A DNA stretch of 64,000 nt from Laetmonice hystrix (Eukaryota): assembly GCA_965235115.1 (NCBI GenBank), contig OZ249436.1, positions 32,552,001-32,616,000 on the forward strand, in the 5' to 3' direction. Numbering within the stretch: position 1 is the stretch's first letter; every line of letters begins with the position of its first letter. Below the pieces are notes generated by a model. The model was not told the DNA's origin, made no database searches, and saw only the letters and a list, made by a program, of their open reading frames with translations. A program made the translations under genes and the position numbers. This document shows, in pieces, positions 61,701 through 64,000 of the stretch.

Positions 61701-64000
61701 AAGAAAGAAATTAAGTTATTAAGACAAAGTTATTGAAGGGAATGCCATTCTTCCTCATGAAGATTCTGCTTTGAGTTGACCAAATGTTGGCAGGTATGTA
61801 ATAGGGTAGATGGTGATAAGACACAATACATACGTTTTTAGATGGCGTCCCTGACCGTAGCTTGTAGTGACCAGAGAGGGCTCCATGGCTCGCCACATCC
61901 AACCTCTGTGTGGGGGGTCACAGAGAGGGGCGACATCCTGGTACATGAACCCGAGGGGGAGGACAGGAATGGAGAGCCCTCCTCACAGATGTATGTCCAA
62001 CAAATAATACAGCTTTCATAAATGTACAACACACAAATTTCCATTAAATAAAGTGTGGCATTAATTAACTTCAGTACCAGCGTCCTGTGTCTGATTCCCA
62101 TAAAAAACTGATAGGTGGTAACAAATGTAAACTTTTAATTATTGATAATGAACTAGGGAATTTAATTATGTGCTTTATGTATAGTAAACCTTTGAATCTG
62201 GGTATGAAAGATGGCAATGGCGGAATTTCATCCATTTACCAAGCTTGAGTTCTCCTCACACAGCCGGAAATTTCAGTATTGTTTGTTTGGTTACATTTGT
62301 AGGTTTTGGCACCAACTTGGTGGTCACCTTGCTCGGGTGGAAACCAACCGTATTGGTATTGTCTGGGGAATAGGGTATGATGGTACTGCTTGGGTTTACT
62401 CTGGTGGCTATGGCGGTGGATTCTTCAAGGGTGAGTAACTCTACAGCTGTCATTAGGGCCCCCACCTCCATACTCTATGACCTGGAAAGGAAGCTGTTTC
62501 TGTCGAAATAGAGGTGTTAATGGTATACATACCACTATTAGCATCAGAAAAATCAGTAGTATAACGTGGACTTCATTTACTTTGTACATGTAGGTGTTGC
62601 CAGCAGTCCACAGGGGATTCACCAGCAAACTGATCTCAGGGAAGTCTTTATATATGAGAACCAACGATGGAGGCCAGTCTTTGGATATACAGACAAGTAA
62701 GGCAGTACCTTGATATTTTGAAATGTTATACATGTATTTCCTTTTTGTATTTACCCAACCAGCAAAGCTTGGCTTACTGAGACTCCATCTTTGGGGTTTG
62801 GAAGTCAGCATTTTAAAAAAATAATTTTAAAGTAGTGCTTACTTTTTATCTTTTGGGTTGAACAAAATCACATTTTCTGCCCACGGGTTCAGCCGTATAA
62901 GACCTCTTGTCATATTGGAAGCTAATCTATATAATAGAATAGAAAACATTGCAGTTTGGTGGATGGAAAACGGTTTTTTTTGCAGGGTACTGCTGAGTGA
63001 CAGGTACACTTGGAGTGATGAGACAGGAAAAGTGGAATGCACCAAGCAGAACACCAAATTAATGTCAAGGCACTGGATCTGGGTAGGTGACATGTTGAAA
63101 ACAATATTGATCTAAAGGGCAATGTATTTATTATAGACTGAAGTATGGATGAGGAAACATTGTTATGGCTATTTATTGTTTTATAGGTAACTGACTGGCA
63201 GGTAGATCATCGGACCCCTGGAGGTGTGGACAAGGAAGGATGGCAGTATGCCAGAGACTTCAAAGGGTCAGCAGCCACACTTTTACTAAAGACACATAGA
63301 CATTAGAATTTAAGGAACTCTTTATAGAACTCTGAACACTGATGTTCTGAACATTTACTCTACATTAGTAGTAAGAGTAGTACTTAATAAACTCAATGTC
63401 CATCTTATGGTACTGCTAAACTTAAAAGGTTACTCCAGTAGAGCTCATACTGGTAATACCATACTGGCAAAACCACTGAAATTATTACCTTCTTTGAACA
63501 ATTTCTGGATGGCTTGATACAGTCCCAGAGGTTTTGCTCTCATTTTTTTAGACCTTTCCGACCAAGACCTCGGTTGAGGAGCTATGTACGGCGAAGACGA
63601 TGGATGAGGTAATGACCCCTATTTATCTGTAGAGACTTTTGAGAAGTATATTGAACTTGTGCATCAAGGGCCATACACTTCTTTTTGGAATTAATAAGTT
63701 TAGAGTAATTCAGAAAGATCCTATATTTTTTAATACACAGGGCCTTTTGGAATCATGGTATTAAGACTTGCTGTCATGTAGTACATTAACTCTGTACAGG
63801 AGATGTAAAGTTGTGACCAGTGGACCATGGGTGGATGTTCTACCTCTACCATTACGGGACGTGTCCCTCCAGCTTGACCCACGTCCAGTCGACCGTGACA
63901 TGGTGGCAGTGTGGGCGATCAGTGTAACTGGTGATGTGCTGTGTCGAGTAGGGGTCACTCGACAGGAACCTGAGGTAAAACATAGTTTTAAAAAAATATT
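55726..64000 (+). CDS. TECPR1: Tectonin beta-propeller repeat-containing protein 1, 3' end beyond the window
   Basis: Tectonin repeats (FKKVSAG..SVWGLGCDHQVYV, VAVGQNAVWA, IVWGIGYDGTAWVYSGGYGG), two DysF domains (TYENE|RW...WQWESDWYVD...GWRYA...CVRRRRWIR; IYENQRW...DWQVD...GWQYA...YVRRRRW), a PH-like region, and a large low-complexity exon 59124-60398. Confidence 0.93.
57047..57190. mobile_element. Palindromic Harbinger-like MITE nested in an older hAT-like repeat (~56966-57415)
   Basis: GGGCCTGTCTTACTAAGGCTGGTTAATAACCAGATCGTTA ... TAACGATCTGGTTATTAACCAGTCTTAGTAAGCAGGCCC, flanked by CTG/CAG. The host element has GGAAAAGTCC repeats and CATGGTTCCTA/TGGGAACCGTG ends. Confidence 0.75.

Overview
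Animal (invertebrate-type) nuclear DNA, not prokaryotic; the species cannot be determined from the sequence. The left ~12 kb is a transposon stack. It starts with an ISL2EU/PIF-Harbinger-type element carrying two convergent, intron-containing, apparently intact genes (DDE_Tnp_4 transposase; SAP+SWIM+YqaJ exonuclease). Next is a ~5.2 kb foldback element with octamer/YY1/CCAAT modules, a 52-bp minisatellite and an Academ-like TAG terminus. That element contains a recent Transib-like insertion (CACTGTG termini, 236-bp TIRs, 5-bp TSD), which itself holds a G-tract MITE. A degraded Academ-like transposase fragment follows. Host genes come next: an unidentified 3-exon coiled-coil gene, Wnt8 (-), an intronless bacterial-type CapA/PGA_cap gene (-, horizontal-transfer candidate) head-to-head with PRIMPOL (+, one GC-AG intron), MLST8 (+, U12-type first intron), and BRI3 (-) head-to-head with TECPR1 (+, runs off the window). 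Many MITEs and a Helentron/HINE-like element sit in introns. Exon structures were read by eye and family calls come from motif recognition; no database searches were run.
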